NCBI GenBank assembly: GCA_016218585.1
Contig: JACRDK010000004.1
Span: forward strand, 85,347 to 149,346
Length of the DNA: 64,000 nucleotides
Direction of reading: 5' to 3'
From: Candidatus Doudnabacteria bacterium
Lineage (GTDB): Bacteria; Patescibacteriota; Doudnabacteria; UBA920
How positions within the stretch are numbered: the first letter of the stretch is position 1; each line of letters starts with the position of its first letter. Positions 28,419-38,069 of this stretch are shown one piece after another. Made by a program: the position numbers and the translations under genes. The notes beneath the pieces are model-generated. The model was not told where the DNA came from and did not search any database. It worked only from the letters and a program-made list of their open reading frames with translations.

Positions 28419-28970
28419 TTAATACACTTTTACTTTAATTATAGCCTCAATAGCTTGCTGTGGGGCGGCTTCCTTTTTTAAACGATAACCATAAAGACCA
28501 CCTTTTTCATCTTTTTCCAAAAATTCTGGATTATACATGGCAACTGCCCCTTTTTCATGGGCAGCTGCATAAGTCAGTAACGGATTTTGATCGTTATCAT
28601 AACGACTTGTTAACTCTGAATATGGGGCGCAAAAAATGATTCCATTTTTACTATAGGTTCCTGTTTGAGCAACTACTTTGGCATCAGATGCGGCAAATCC
28701 GCTATAAAGATATTTCTCTGCTTCTAGTCCTTGCTTTTTCAAATATGCAACAAACCTTTCTATTTTATCAACACTGTCATATCCTTTGGACAAATCCACG
28801 TTGCCTGTTTTTATAACTTTTTTTACTTCACTCTCCTGTTTTTCTTTTGGCTGATTAACAAGTGCGCAATCGGATGCATGTCCAGCATGGTTCGGGTAAC
28901 CGCATGATGGGCAAACAGATCCGGTTTCGTTTTGATTCATTTGATTTATATTAATTATCTCTTTGTTCAT
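28419..28970 (-). CDS. Hypothetical protein with N-terminal Cys/His knuckle
   Basis: CPSCGYPNHAGHASDC. Confidence 0.65.
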   Translation of the reverse strand: MNKEIININQMNQNETGSVCPSCGYPNHAGHASDCALVNQPKEKQESEVKKVIKTGNVDLSKGYDSVDKIERFVAYLKKQGLEAEKYLYSGFAASDAKVVAQTGTYSKNGIIFCAPYSELTSRYDNDQNPLLTYAAAHEKGAVAMYNPEFLEKDEKGGLYGYRLKKEAAPQQAIEAIIKVKVY

Positions 28971-28978
28971 CTACCATC

Positions 28979-29015
28979 CCTGCCGGCAGGCAGGTACTCA
29001 CTACTCACTACTCAC
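28979..29015. repeat. Truncated CCTGCC-GGCAGG palindrome followed by 7-mer repeats
   Basis: CCTGCCGGCAGGCAGG then (TACTCAC)3. Confidence 0.6.
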
Positions 29016-29021
29016 AACCAT

Positions 29022-29525
29022 CTACCTTCCTACCTGATAATAGATATTCGTTCCATTTGGTCCCACGGCAGAAGCTTTTAATACTCCCTGGCCTGCGCCA
29101 ACAGTGGGCTGATTTATACTAGGCAAAGTAATTGGTTCGCTCTCATTTTCCATATTCATATATACCACACAGTGCCCGTCCGCGCTATATTTGTATTTAT
29201 AATTTGTTTTTTCCGAGCTGCCGGTTTTTGGATCAACCGGTAAAAAAGAAGCGTATTGGGCATACTGCGGATATTTAGTTGTTAGTTCAGGCACCAAGTC
29301 CGCTAAGTCATAATCCCCGGCTCCGGCATTGGGCGCGTAGCAGGAAGAAGAATATAACAAACGGCCAATCTGCGCCATATCGGTTTTTCGTTTGGCGTCG
29401 CGCGCCTTTAGCCTGGCTGGCTGTACTGCGACTATTATTATCCCGGCCAACAGGCCAATTATAGCAATTACCACCACCAGTTCAATTATAGTAAAACCTT
29501 GGCTAGTTGTTAGTTTTTTGTTCAT
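29022..29525 (-). CDS. Type IV pilin/pseudopilin
   Basis: GFTIIELVVVIAIIG prepilin motif, KARDAKRKTD. Confidence 0.92.
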   Translation of the reverse strand: MNKKLTTSQGFTIIELVVVIAIIGLLAGIIIVAVQPARLKARDAKRKTDMAQIGRLLYSSSCYAPNAGAGDYDLADLVPELTTKYPQYAQYASFLPVDPKTGSSEKTNYKYKYSADGHCVVYMNMENESEPITLPSINQPTVGAGQGVLKASAVGPNGTNIYYQVGR

Positions 29526-29589
29526 AGTTGTTAGTTTTTACTTGTATACCCACATCCTTGTATCCTTGTATCCTTAAATACTTACCCCC

Positions 29590-29901
29590 TTACTTCTTCC
29601 ATCGATATTTTTCCATATCCAAGCTAAAGTCTCTTTCTATTTTTATTCCTTCTTTTTCCAATAACTGTTTTTGCAAATCTTTTGTCGCTGTCCAGTTCCC
29701 CTTTATACTAATAACTCCCCCATTGTTAACAACCCGCCACCAGGGAACTTTTTCTGCTGTTGTATCGATGCTGCGCAAAATTCCGCCAACCTGCCTGGCC
29801 GCCCGAGGGCTTCCGGCGGCCGCGGCCGCCTGGCCATAACTAACTACTTTGCCTTTGGGAACTTTTTGCAAAAATTTTATTACATTTTCTTTAAAACCCA
29901 T
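29590..29901 (-). CDS. Alkyltransferase-like (ATL/MGMT family) protein
   Basis: SYGQ..ARQVG..PWWRVV. Confidence 0.9.
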   Translation of the reverse strand: MGFKENVIKFLQKVPKGKVVSYGQAAAAAGSPRAARQVGGILRSIDTTAEKVPWWRVVNNGGVISIKGNWTATKDLQKQLLEKEGIKIERDFSLDMEKYRWKK

Positions 29902-30439
29902 AAGCCCTAAGCTCCGCTCTTAACTGTTTGTAATTTGGCGCCGCCTTTGCTACTTCCGCCCAAAATTTTCGGCTATGGTTAAATTCTTTTAAATGGCAAA
30001 CCTCATGCACTACTAAATAGTCCAGCAGTTCAGAGCGCAAATGAACAATCCGGTAATTAAAATTTAAATTCCCTTTCCTACTGCAACTGCCCCAACGGGT
30101 TTTTTGGTTCTTAATTGATATGCGTTGGTAATTAACCCCATAAAATTCCGCCCACTGTTTTACTTTGGCTTGCGCCAAACTTAAAGCCTGGTGTTTAAAC
30201 TTTTTATACTCGCCTCTCACCGCTTTGGCTTTCGGCTTAACCGGATGGGTCTTAAAGTATTCCAGCGCTCGCTTTATCCAGGACAGCTTAGCCGCAACAA
30301 ACTTTTCAGCTGCTCTAATAGCCATACCGGATGGCAGGGTTAATGTAACCGTAGAATCGCAAGCAACCGCCAAGCGCATTTTACGCGCGCGGCGGCTTAC
30401 TTTAATTTGATACGGGACAGAATTATTGTCTTTCAACAT
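29891..30439 (-). CDS. YgjP-like zinc metallohydrolase
   Basis: RWGSCS, VVHEVCHL, NHSRKFW. Confidence 0.9.
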   Translation of the reverse strand: MLKDNNSVPYQIKVSRRARKMRLAVACDSTVTLTLPSGMAIRAAEKFVAAKLSWIKRALEYFKTHPVKPKAKAVRGEYKKFKHQALSLAQAKVKQWAEFYGVNYQRISIKNQKTRWGSCSRKGNLNFNYRIVHLRSELLDYLVVHEVCHLKEFNHSRKFWAEVAKAAPNYKQLRAELRAYGF

Positions 30440-30444
30440 TCAAA

Positions 30445-30906
30445 TTATTTAAAAATTACGGGAATTTCCAGAGCCGCGTCGTTTTGCGGCAGGCCGGATG
30501 GGTTATCTTTTTTCAAAATTAAGCTGCCGTTGTTCTTGTAACCGGGTTTAACAAATTGTAAAATGGCTTCAAAAGGCACAAAGTTTTCCGTCATCCAATC
30601 CCCGTTGGCTTTGGCAATCCCTTGGGCAATAATTTTACCGTCCCAATCGGTTAAGATTACCGGGAAGCTGGCTTCAAAAAACCACGTCCCCTTAGCCTCG
30701 CCGGTAATTGTCAGCGGGCTGGAGATTTCCTGATGCTCTTTAATATTTAAATTTCTAATATTTTCATTGGCGGCATTAACAGTATTATTTACGGACTGAT
30801 TTTCAACCTTACTCCCTTTCTTGCCGGAAAAAAGCCAAATCCCGCCGGCAACCAACAAAATTACAGAAACAAAAATTAAAGCTCTGTGTTTTGGCTGAAA
30901 AATCAT
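30445..30906 (-). CDS. Gmad2 Ig-like domain protein
   Basis: TM, WFFEASFPV, KDNPSG. Confidence 0.85.
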   Translation of the reverse strand: MIFQPKHRALIFVSVILLVAGGIWLFSGKKGSKVENQSVNNTVNAANENIRNLNIKEHQEISSPLTITGEAKGTWFFEASFPVILTDWDGKIIAQGIAKANGDWMTENFVPFEAILQFVKPGYKNNGSLILKKDNPSGLPQNDAALEIPVIFK

Positions 30907-30911
30907 AAAGG

Positions 30912-31523
30912 TTAAGACATTTTAATTTTACGATATCGCCACAAAAATAAACTCGCCGCAAAAATTGCTCCCAGGGTGTCGGCCAACATATCTTTTTGCG
31001 CATCCCAAATATCTCCTTGGCTGCCCAAAAAAGCAATTCCCGCGCTGCCGCCGTTAGTTATGGCGAATATCCATTCAATTAATTCATAGCCCATAGCTAC
31101 AAAGCCAATGGCAAAAACCGGAAACAAAAATAGCATGATTTTATTTTTTACCAGCTGCTTCATATATAAAAGCTCGGCAATGGCATAAGCATAAAAACCA
31201 ACGGTAAAGTGCGCCACGCGGTCGTAATGATTGCGCTCAAATCCGAACAAGTTAGTAACAAAGCCAAACGGCACGCGTTCAAAGGTATAATATCCGCCAA
31301 TAGTATGCATAAACAGCAACACGCTCATTAAAATATAGGACAGCGGAGAAAATTTAATTCCCTTGGCGTACATAACAGCTAAAGCAATGGCGATGGCGGA
31401 AATGGGAACATTTTCCGCCCACCAGTCCGCCCGGTCATAGGGATTTATGGCGCAAACAACAAACAATATTATATAGAGGACAAATAAGATTTTTGCCGTA
31501 GTGTCGGTTTTAAAAAAATTCAT
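30912..31523 (-). CDS. DUF2238 (YjdF-like) membrane protein
   Basis: RNHYDRVAH, FLGSQGDIWDAQKDM. Confidence 0.9.
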   Translation of the reverse strand: MNFFKTDTTAKILFVLYIILFVVCAINPYDRADWWAENVPISAIAIALAVMYAKGIKFSPLSYILMSVLLFMHTIGGYYTFERVPFGFVTNLFGFERNHYDRVAHFTVGFYAYAIAELLYMKQLVKNKIMLFLFPVFAIGFVAMGYELIEWIFAITNGGSAGIAFLGSQGDIWDAQKDMLADTLGAIFAASLFLWRYRKIKMS

Positions 31524-31738
31524 ATTTTTTCTTCGGCTGTGTAGCCGACTGTTTTAATTATGCCTTTTATTTTTTCCAGGCTTATTTTGCTTTCATCAAA
31601 CTCCACCGAGATTTGGGCTTTAGCATAGCTAGTGTCCGCCTTAATAACTCCGTCCGTGTCTTCCAACTCCCCGTCTATATTCATAGAACAGGAAGAACAG
31701 TGCATGCCATTTATTTTTAAAATTACTGTCTGTATCAT
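31520..31738 (-). CDS. copZ: Copper chaperone
   Basis: GMHCSSC heavy-metal-associated motif; in cop operon. Confidence 0.88.
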   Translation of the reverse strand: MIQTVILKINGMHCSSCSMNIDGELEDTDGVIKADTSYAKAQISVEFDESKISLEKIKGIIKTVGYTAEEKI

Positions 31739-31781
31739 AGCAATTCTTAGTAAAACGTTTTTATAAAAAATAAAGCTTGTA

Positions 31782-31897
31782 AATTTCTAATTACTAATTA
31801 TTCTAATTTCTAAACAAACCCTAATTCCTAATATCCAATAAAATAAAGGCGAATTAGACATTTAATCATTGGAGATTATTTAGATTAATTAGAAATT
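31782..31897. repeat. Inverted 7-mer repeat array
   Basis: AATTTCTAATTA / TAATTAGAAATT ends with CTAA/TTAG periodic units. Confidence 0.65.
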
Positions 31898-31900
31898 AGG

Positions 31901-32932
31901 TTAATTAACATTAATTGTCCCTCTATACATTCCCATACTGCACATAAAGGCAATTTGAGTTGGTTTGCTTGGGCTATGAAAAGTTACCTCGCCGCTGCTG
32001 CCCAGCGGAACAACTTTTTGTACCCCCAATGAAGGGATGGTGAAATCCTGAACGCAGCTGGAACCGCCTTGATTCACTAATTTTATTTTTATATCTGAAT
32101 CTTTTGGCACGGAAAAACTGTTTGGGCTATAACCGGAAGCGCCTATGGTAAGAGTAATGTTTGAATTAGTTTCCCCAACCGCGGTTTGGTTGCCGCTTGG
32201 GCAATAGGCAATGGCGCAAAAAGCTCTGCTTCCAATATCCGTAAGGCTAATTGGCTTGCCGGTTAGCGCCAGCGCGTTATTTAAATTAAACAAAGACAAC
32301 AATATTATGGCAAAAGCGGCGGCGCGAAAAAACTTTTTATGCCAAAAGTCTCCCAAACGAGTGGCAAAATATCCGAGCAAAAAAAAGATCGGGCTGGTTC
32401 CCAAAACAAACGCATACATTATCCCCGCTCCCCTAATAGCGCTGCCGCTGGCTATTGCCAAAGCCATCATGGCCTGGGTTGTACCGCACGGAATGAACAC
32501 CGTAAAAGCCCCCAAAATTGCCGGCGCAAAAATATCTTTACTCTTTGACTGTTTTCTAACCAACCGAGTTAAAAACTTTGGCGGCTGAATTATGAAATAG
32601 CGGAAAAACGGGTGCACGTCTAACAAAGCCATAGCGGTGCCAAACATAAAAATCACCACGGCAAATTGCATAACCAATTTTACAGTGAGCGATAAAGCGA
32701 ACAACGAACCAAACCAGCCAAGAAGCAAGCCTAAAATTGTATAAGCCACAAGCTTCGCCAGCAAAAACCACAAAATTGGCGCAGCTGTTCCTTTTTGCGC
32801 TTCACCCTTTAGCCGCTCCTCTTCCCGCTGAGCAATGGTTGAAGCAAGCAGCCCGCCCTGTACGGCAAGGCAAGTAAGCCCTCCGGTTAGCAGGCCTGTT
32901 AAAAATATTGCGATAAAGGACGTATTTTGCAT
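31901..32932 (-). CDS. TauE/DsbD_2-like membrane protein with C-terminal cupredoxin domain
   Basis: TCLAVQGG, FIPCG, CSMGMYRG. Confidence 0.85.
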   Translation of the reverse strand: MQNTSFIAIFLTGLLTGGLTCLAVQGGLLASTIAQREEERLKGEAQKGTAAPILWFLLAKLVAYTILGLLLGWFGSLFALSLTVKLVMQFAVVIFMFGTAMALLDVHPFFRYFIIQPPKFLTRLVRKQSKSKDIFAPAILGAFTVFIPCGTTQAMMALAIASGSAIRGAGIMYAFVLGTSPIFFLLGYFATRLGDFWHKKFFRAAAFAIILLSLFNLNNALALTGKPISLTDIGSRAFCAIAYCPSGNQTAVGETNSNITLTIGASGYSPNSFSVPKDSDIKIKLVNQGGSSCVQDFTIPSLGVQKVVPLGSSGEVTFHSPSKPTQIAFMCSMGMYRGTINVN

Positions 32933-32946
32933 TTAACTAATTTAAA

Positions 32947-33417
32947 TTATTTTTGTTTAATTTTTTTATATAACATGGCAATGGTTAGCAACAGCGCCAC
33001 CCAAACTAAGACAACCGTAATAACGCACATTAACGAATACCAAACAAACTGATGACCATAACCTGACATCATGCCAAACGGAGCAGCCGACATCATGTTA
33101 AAACCATATTGCTGATTTCTTAGCGCCGGGACAGACGAGGTAAAAGTCATTACCGGGTAACTGGGTTTAATTAATCCATACATGTCTTTTTGTTCGTCGG
33201 AAGTCAACTGGCCATTTTGCAATTTTTCCATATAGCCCTCTATTTTTTGAGCATTAGCATCCTGGCTTATTGTTACCGCTCCGCTGCCCGATTGTACTCT
33301 GGTCGTATTCATCATGCCATAACCCGGAACCAGAGCCGCCGCCATTGTGGCCCCTGCCGGCAATAAAATAGCTGCCGCTAAAACTAATCCTAAGAAACTT
33401 TGTTTTTTGGTTGTCAT
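32947..33417 (-). CDS. Met-rich exported/membrane hypothetical protein
   Basis: Signal peptide, GMM motifs, C-terminal TM; in cop operon. Confidence 0.7.
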   Translation of the reverse strand: MTTKKQSFLGLVLAAAILLPAGATMAAALVPGYGMMNTTRVQSGSGAVTISQDANAQKIEGYMEKLQNGQLTSDEQKDMYGLIKPSYPVMTFTSSVPALRNQQYGFNMMSAAPFGMMSGYGHQFVWYSLMCVITVVLVWVALLLTIAMLYKKIKQK

Positions 33418-33491
33418 ATTTTTCTTTTTAATTGTGTTTGTTCTTAATTTACTTATTATCCTTACATACTTATGTCCCTATATACTTACAA

Positions 33492-35795
33492 TTATATTTT
33501 AACACGTTTTAAACGTAGTGAGTTAACCACCACGGAAACAGAAGAAAGAGCCATGGCCAGCCCCGCAAACATTGGGTTTAAGTGCCAACCGAACAACGGA
33601 TAAAACAAACCAGCGGACAGCGGAATGCCAACGACATTGTACGCAAAAGCCCAAAATAAATTTTGTTTAATGGTGCTTAAAGTTTTTTGCGACAAGCGGA
33701 TTGCCCCCAAAATTTTCGTTATATCCCCTTTAAGCAAAGTAATATCCGCCGACTCAATGGCAATGTCGGTGCCGGTTGCCATAGCAATGCCAATATTGCT
33801 TTGAGCCAAAGCCGGCGCGTCATTTATGCCGTCTCCGGCCATTGCCACAACCAAGCCCTGCGCCTGGAGCTGTTTTATTTTTATTGCTTTATCCTGCGGC
33901 AGCGCCCCGGCTAAAACTTCATCTATGCCGATTTGCCTGGCAGCATACTCAGCCGTCTGCTTGTTGTCGCCGGTTAGCATAATTACTTTAATATTTAATT
34001 TATGCAACTGCCTCACTGTTTCTTTGGCCACTTCTTTAATTTTATCGGCAATAATAATTATCCCTAAAACCGCGTGCTCATCCATAACCAAAACCGGAGT
34101 CTTCCCCTGGCCGGTAAATTCGCTGAGTTGATTATTATCAAAATTTAATTTCAAATCTTCCGCTAATTTCGGGCTGCCGACAAAATATTTTTTACCACTA
34201 ATTATCCCTTTCACTCCCCGCCCCTCCAAATTTTCAAAGTCTGTTACTGGTGATAATTTTATATTTTCTTCTTTAGCTTTATTTGCCACGGCATCCGCCA
34301 ATGGGTGCTCAGATTTATTTTCCAGCGACCCTGCAATCTGCAGTAAACTTGCTACTTGATGCTTGCTACTTGATACTTTGATATCAGCGACGGTCGGCTT
34401 CCCTTCCGTTAAGGTTCCGGTTTTGTCCACGACCAATACATTTATGCTTCTAAGCTTTTCCATTGCTTCCGCATTCTTTACTAAAATTCCGTTTTGCGCC
34501 CCTTTGCCAACGCCAACTATTATGGCGGTGGGAGTAGCCAGGCCCAAGGCGCATGGACAGGCAATTACCAAAATACTGACGAAAGACAATATTCCTAACG
34601 ACACGTTTTGGCCAACCAGCAACCATAGCAATAAAGACAACAGCGCAATACCTAAAACTACCGGCACAAAAATTGCGGAAATTTTATCCGCCAACTTTTG
34701 GATTGGCGCTTTAGACCCTTGCGCTTCCCCCACCATTTTTATAATGTGGGCCAGCAGCGTTTCGCCACCGACTTTGGTTGCGCGAAAAATAAAGCTTCCC
34801 TGCTTATTCAGCGTTCCGCCTATTACTTCATCTCCCGCCTGCTTGGTTGCGGGCATGGCTTCCCCGGTAACCATTGCTTCATCTATAGAAGATTTACCTT
34901 CTATAATTACTCCGTCTACCGGCAACTTTGCGCCCGGCTTCACAATTATCAAATCGCCAATTTTAACCTGCTCAACGGAAATTTCTTTTTCTCCTTCAGG
35001 CAATTTTATTATGGCGGTCTTAGCCTGGAGATTCATTAATTTTTCCAAAGCCTGCCCGGTTTTAATTTTGCTTCTTATTTCCAAATATTTTCCTAAGGTA
35101 ATAAAACTCACCACCACAATGGTCACGTCAAAATATGTTTCTCCGGGTAAATTTAAAGTCTTAACCAGATTGGGAAACAACACCACTGCGGCGCTATATG
35201 CATAGGCCGACAGCGTGCCTAAACCTACCAAAGTATCCATATTGGCAGCGCCAAAGCGAACAAAATTCCACAAGCCTTTTAAAAATGGCCGCCCAATCCA
35301 AAATAAAATAATTGTAGCTAAAACTAATAAAATTTTAGAATATACTTCGCCCATTAAAAAGAAACCCGGCAAACCGCTAAAGCCCGCAGCCACAACGTCC
35401 CAGAGCATTGCCAAAAACACTAAACCCGCTACGGGCAAAGCAAAATATAATTTGTGCTTATAACTATTTAGCTCTTTTAGTTTTTCTTCCTTGCTTTGAT
35501 TCAAACCCAAATGCTGGCTGTGATCCATACCGCTCATTACGCTGCCGTCCGGCATAACGTGGCTGCTTGGGTGCGAGGGTTCTTGTTCAAGTAAAAATTT
35601 ATACCCCAACGGTTCAATCTTCTCGGACAAATCCTGCAGGCTCGCCTGTTTTGGATCATATTCCACTTCGGCCGTTTCGGTGCCGTAGTTTACTTCCGCT
35701 CCGGCAACCCCAATCGTTTTTTTTAGAGTTCGCTGAATAACATTAGCGCAAGAAGCGCAATGCATTCCGGCAATTGGAATTTTAACTTTTTTCAT
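33492..35795 (-). CDS. copA: Cu(I)-transporting P1B ATPase
   Basis: GMHCASC, CPCALGLATP, DKTGT, GDGINDAP. Confidence 0.95.
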   Translation of the reverse strand: MKKVKIPIAGMHCASCANVIQRTLKKTIGVAGAEVNYGTETAEVEYDPKQASLQDLSEKIEPLGYKFLLEQEPSHPSSHVMPDGSVMSGMDHSQHLGLNQSKEEKLKELNSYKHKLYFALPVAGLVFLAMLWDVVAAGFSGLPGFFLMGEVYSKILLVLATIILFWIGRPFLKGLWNFVRFGAANMDTLVGLGTLSAYAYSAAVVLFPNLVKTLNLPGETYFDVTIVVVSFITLGKYLEIRSKIKTGQALEKLMNLQAKTAIIKLPEGEKEISVEQVKIGDLIIVKPGAKLPVDGVIIEGKSSIDEAMVTGEAMPATKQAGDEVIGGTLNKQGSFIFRATKVGGETLLAHIIKMVGEAQGSKAPIQKLADKISAIFVPVVLGIALLSLLLWLLVGQNVSLGILSFVSILVIACPCALGLATPTAIIVGVGKGAQNGILVKNAEAMEKLRSINVLVVDKTGTLTEGKPTVADIKVSSSKHQVASLLQIAGSLENKSEHPLADAVANKAKEENIKLSPVTDFENLEGRGVKGIISGKKYFVGSPKLAEDLKLNFDNNQLSEFTGQGKTPVLVMDEHAVLGIIIIADKIKEVAKETVRQLHKLNIKVIMLTGDNKQTAEYAARQIGIDEVLAGALPQDKAIKIKQLQAQGLVVAMAGDGINDAPALAQSNIGIAMATGTDIAIESADITLLKGDITKILGAIRLSQKTLSTIKQNLFWAFAYNVVGIPLSAGLFYPLFGWHLNPMFAGLAMALSSVSVVVNSLRLKRVKI

Positions 35796-35796
35796 A

Positions 35797-36063
35797 TTAT
35801 TTGTTTTTTAGCTTGTAAATTTTTACCATTTCTTTTACGGCCTTCTGGCTTTGGCCGTGGGTAAACTGATGTGGGACGTGTTCGGTTAAGTGATTTTCCA
35901 ACAAATCCGCATTAAAGCTCTGCAAGGACTTCTCCACAGCCAGGCTCTGCGTTATTATGTCCACACAATATTTGTCGGCTTCTACCATTTTTTCTATGCC
36001 CACCACCTGCCCGGCAATGCGGTGCAAATGGCTTATTAACTTCTTTTTATACTTTTCTTGCAT
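35797..36063 (-). CDS. csoR: Copper-sensing repressor
   Basis: RIAGQV..G...YCVDII...ENHL. Confidence 0.85.
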   Translation of the reverse strand: MQEKYKKKLISHLHRIAGQVVGIEKMVEADKYCVDIITQSLAVEKSLQSFNADLLENHLTEHVPHQFTHGQSQKAVKEMVKIYKLKNK

Positions 36064-36097
36064 AAATCTTATATCTTAATTCATAAATCTTAAATTT

Positions 36098-36127
36098 ACT
36101 ATATACCCCCCTAGGGTATGTTGTCAA
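36098..36127 (-). promoter_or_regulatory. cop promoter with CsoR operator
   Basis: TTGACA then ATACCCTAGGGGGGTAT (36103-36119), a TAC-C/G-tract-GTA operator, then TATAGT. Confidence 0.8.
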
Positions 36128-36212
36128 CTAACAATTAAAATATGTGGTTACTAAAAGCATACTAATATTGTTTTGATGTTAACATGATAAAATGCTAAAA
36201 TATCCATATGAA

Positions 36213-36457
36213 CCCCGTAAAAAATTCCATTCTACGGGGAATAATAAAGGTTACTCGGAGTTTAAACTTACGAGGTATTGTACCCAAGGAGCAGACTGCT
36301 TTTCGCAGCTTAAGCTCGCGAGGTATTGAACCTGTATTACTTCCTCGGCTCGCTTGCCTTGCAAGCAAGGCAGCTCGCTCTACGTCGCTAATAAACAGCA
36401 TTTTTACAAGTCCATGAATGTTTTAAAACAGAAAAAATATGTCAATTTCTAACGGGG
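36213..36457. mobile_element. 245-bp MITE with TGAA target-site duplication
   Basis: TGAA|CCCCGTAAAAAATT ... AATTTCTAACGGGG|TGAA (12/14 TIR match). Confidence 0.75.
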
Positions 36458-37266
36458 TGAATGACCCAATTATTTGTTTTGGCCAACAACCCTGCGGTTT
36501 TTTCCCCAAACGCTACTTAGTGGGAAAAATTAATGCTGCCCGGGCTTTGCAAAAAGACATCGGCGGCAAGATAGTCTTTTTTTATCATGATTCAGATGCC
36601 GACTATAGGGAAACAATTACCGTAATGAAAGATCTGCAAACAGATGCGGAGGTCCGTTTAAATTTTATCCAGGAAAACAAACTGCAAAAAAAATTCTCGC
36701 CGCTTTACTTAAAAAGGATTCCGGCCGGATGGAAAGAAGAAATCTTAAAACAACTGCCCCGCTTTTTACCGCCAGCTCCACCTTATGAGGTTAACGGCAA
36801 ACCGGCAGACAGCCTAAAAGATATTTTTGAGCGAGTAAACGAAAAAACGGTAGCAGATTTTTGCCTGGAGATGTATAGAAAAATGCATTTGCTGGATGGC
36901 ATGGAAATAGTTCGCTCATCGGACAAAGATTTTAGGCTCGCCACCCCCGACATAAAGGGTGAATATTTTGCCGATCTCCCCTACCAGGGAGAAATTGTCC
37001 GCGCCAAGATTGAAAACAACAAAGCGGCGCTGCATGAAGGCGGCGGCAAATACACTTACTTTGATTTGCCGGAGAAAATTGAAAAGTGGCAAATCAACCC
37101 GGGAAAAGACGAAAGGTTTGCCTGGATGAATTCGGTTATTCATTGCACTCACTACATTGCCGGCAACTCGGAATACGAATATATTAAGCGTGAGCAATTC
37201 CCGGAAGTAAAATTTATGAAGCGTGAACAAATTGACCAGCCGGAAATGGCCTGGCTATCTAACTAA
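36439..37266 (+). CDS. Short BshC-like protein (putative bacillithiol cysteine-adding enzyme)
   Basis: GQQ...K...VFF..DxD pattern of the BshC Rossmann N-terminus; operon with bshB1/bshA. Confidence 0.6.
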   Translation: MSISNGVNDPIICFGQQPCGFFPKRYLVGKINAARALQKDIGGKIVFFYHDSDADYRETITVMKDLQTDAEVRLNFIQENKLQKKFSPLYLKRIPAGWKEEILKQLPRFLPPAPPYEVNGKPADSLKDIFERVNEKTVADFCLEMYRKMHLLDGMEIVRSSDKDFRLATPDIKGEYFADLPYQGEIVRAKIENNKAALHEGGGKYTYFDLPEKIEKWQINPGKDERFAWMNSVIHCTHYIAGNSEYEYIKREQFPEVKFMKREQIDQPEMAWLSN

Positions 37267-37280
37267 TTAATACCCTATTA

Positions 37281-38015
37281 ATGAAAACCACTATGTCCGC
37301 CAAAGGCGGATCCGCCTTTGGCGGAAGAATACTTGCAATTGGTGCCCACCCGGACGACTTGGAATTTGGCTGCGGCAGTTTGCTGGCCAAAGAAGCCTCT
37401 GCGGGCTCGCAAATAAAACTTTTAGTTCTGTCTAAAGGAGAGGCTGGAACCGCCGGCACGCCCGAAAGCCGCGCCGAAGAATCCCGGGCAGCCGCCAAAT
37501 TAATTGGCGCGGAAATTGAATTTCTGGAAATGGGCGGCGACTGTCATATAAAAAATACAGCCGAGAATGCTTTTGTTATTGCCAAGTACATTCGCGAATT
37601 TAAACCCGATGTCATTTTAGCGCCGCACACGGACGAGAACCAACACCCGGACCACGCGGAAGCCGGAAAAATGGCCCGCGATGCCGCCCGTTTTGCGCGC
37701 TATGGGGGTTTGGCCGAATTAAAAGGCTTAGCTACCCATAAAATTACCGCGCTCTATTATTACCCTGTTACTCAGGATTTTGCCGCTCCGGTTGATTTGG
37801 TGGTTGATACCACCGAAGTTTATGATACCTGGGTAAAAATGATAAATTGCCATAATACCCAGCTGCAAAATAAAGATTATGAGAGCCTGGTTACCGCCCG
37901 CGCCAAGGCGCTTGGCGTAGCCATTGGCACTAAGTCCGCACAAGGGTTATGGAAAAATGACCCTATCAGGCTAAATAATTTATCCGATCTTAACCTGTCA
38001 TCCAGAAATTATTAG
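37281..38015 (+). CDS. bshB1: PIG-L family deacetylase, BshB1-like
   Basis: AHPDDLE, GEAGTAG, HPDH. Confidence 0.8.
   Translation: MKTTMSAKGGSAFGGRILAIGAHPDDLEFGCGSLLAKEASAGSQIKLLVLSKGEAGTAGTPESRAEESRAAAKLIGAEIEFLEMGGDCHIKNTAENAFVIAKYIREFKPDVILAPHTDENQHPDHAEAGKMARDAARFARYGGLAELKGLATHKITALYYYPVTQDFAAPVDLVVDTTEVYDTWVKMINCHNTQLQNKDYESLVTARAKALGVAIGTKSAQGLWKNDPIRLNNLSDLNLSSRNY
37296..37325. repeat. Perfect 30-bp palindrome inside bshB1
   Basis: TCCGCCAAAGGCGGATCCGCCTTTGGCGGA, encoding SAKGGSAFGG. Confidence 0.9.
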
Positions 38016-38069
38016 AAAGAATCGGTATTATCCGTATCATTAGTATTAATCCCTATATCGGCATCATAT

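Noticed and set aside
29541-29584. One-sided degenerate 7-9-mer runs (also 16107-16139, 33460-33489, 36061-36096, 38021-38066, 56303-56340)
   Set aside because: Probably the same repeat phenomenon, but too short or degenerate to support individually.
34363-35205. Long antisense ORFs in copA and other genes
   Set aside because: Shadow frames of conserved genes with no recognisable motifs.
36208-36417. 69-aa ORF as read-through N-terminus of the BshC-like gene
   Set aside because: In frame, but TGA is followed by TAA at 36424; it is the displaced original ATG reading into the MITE.
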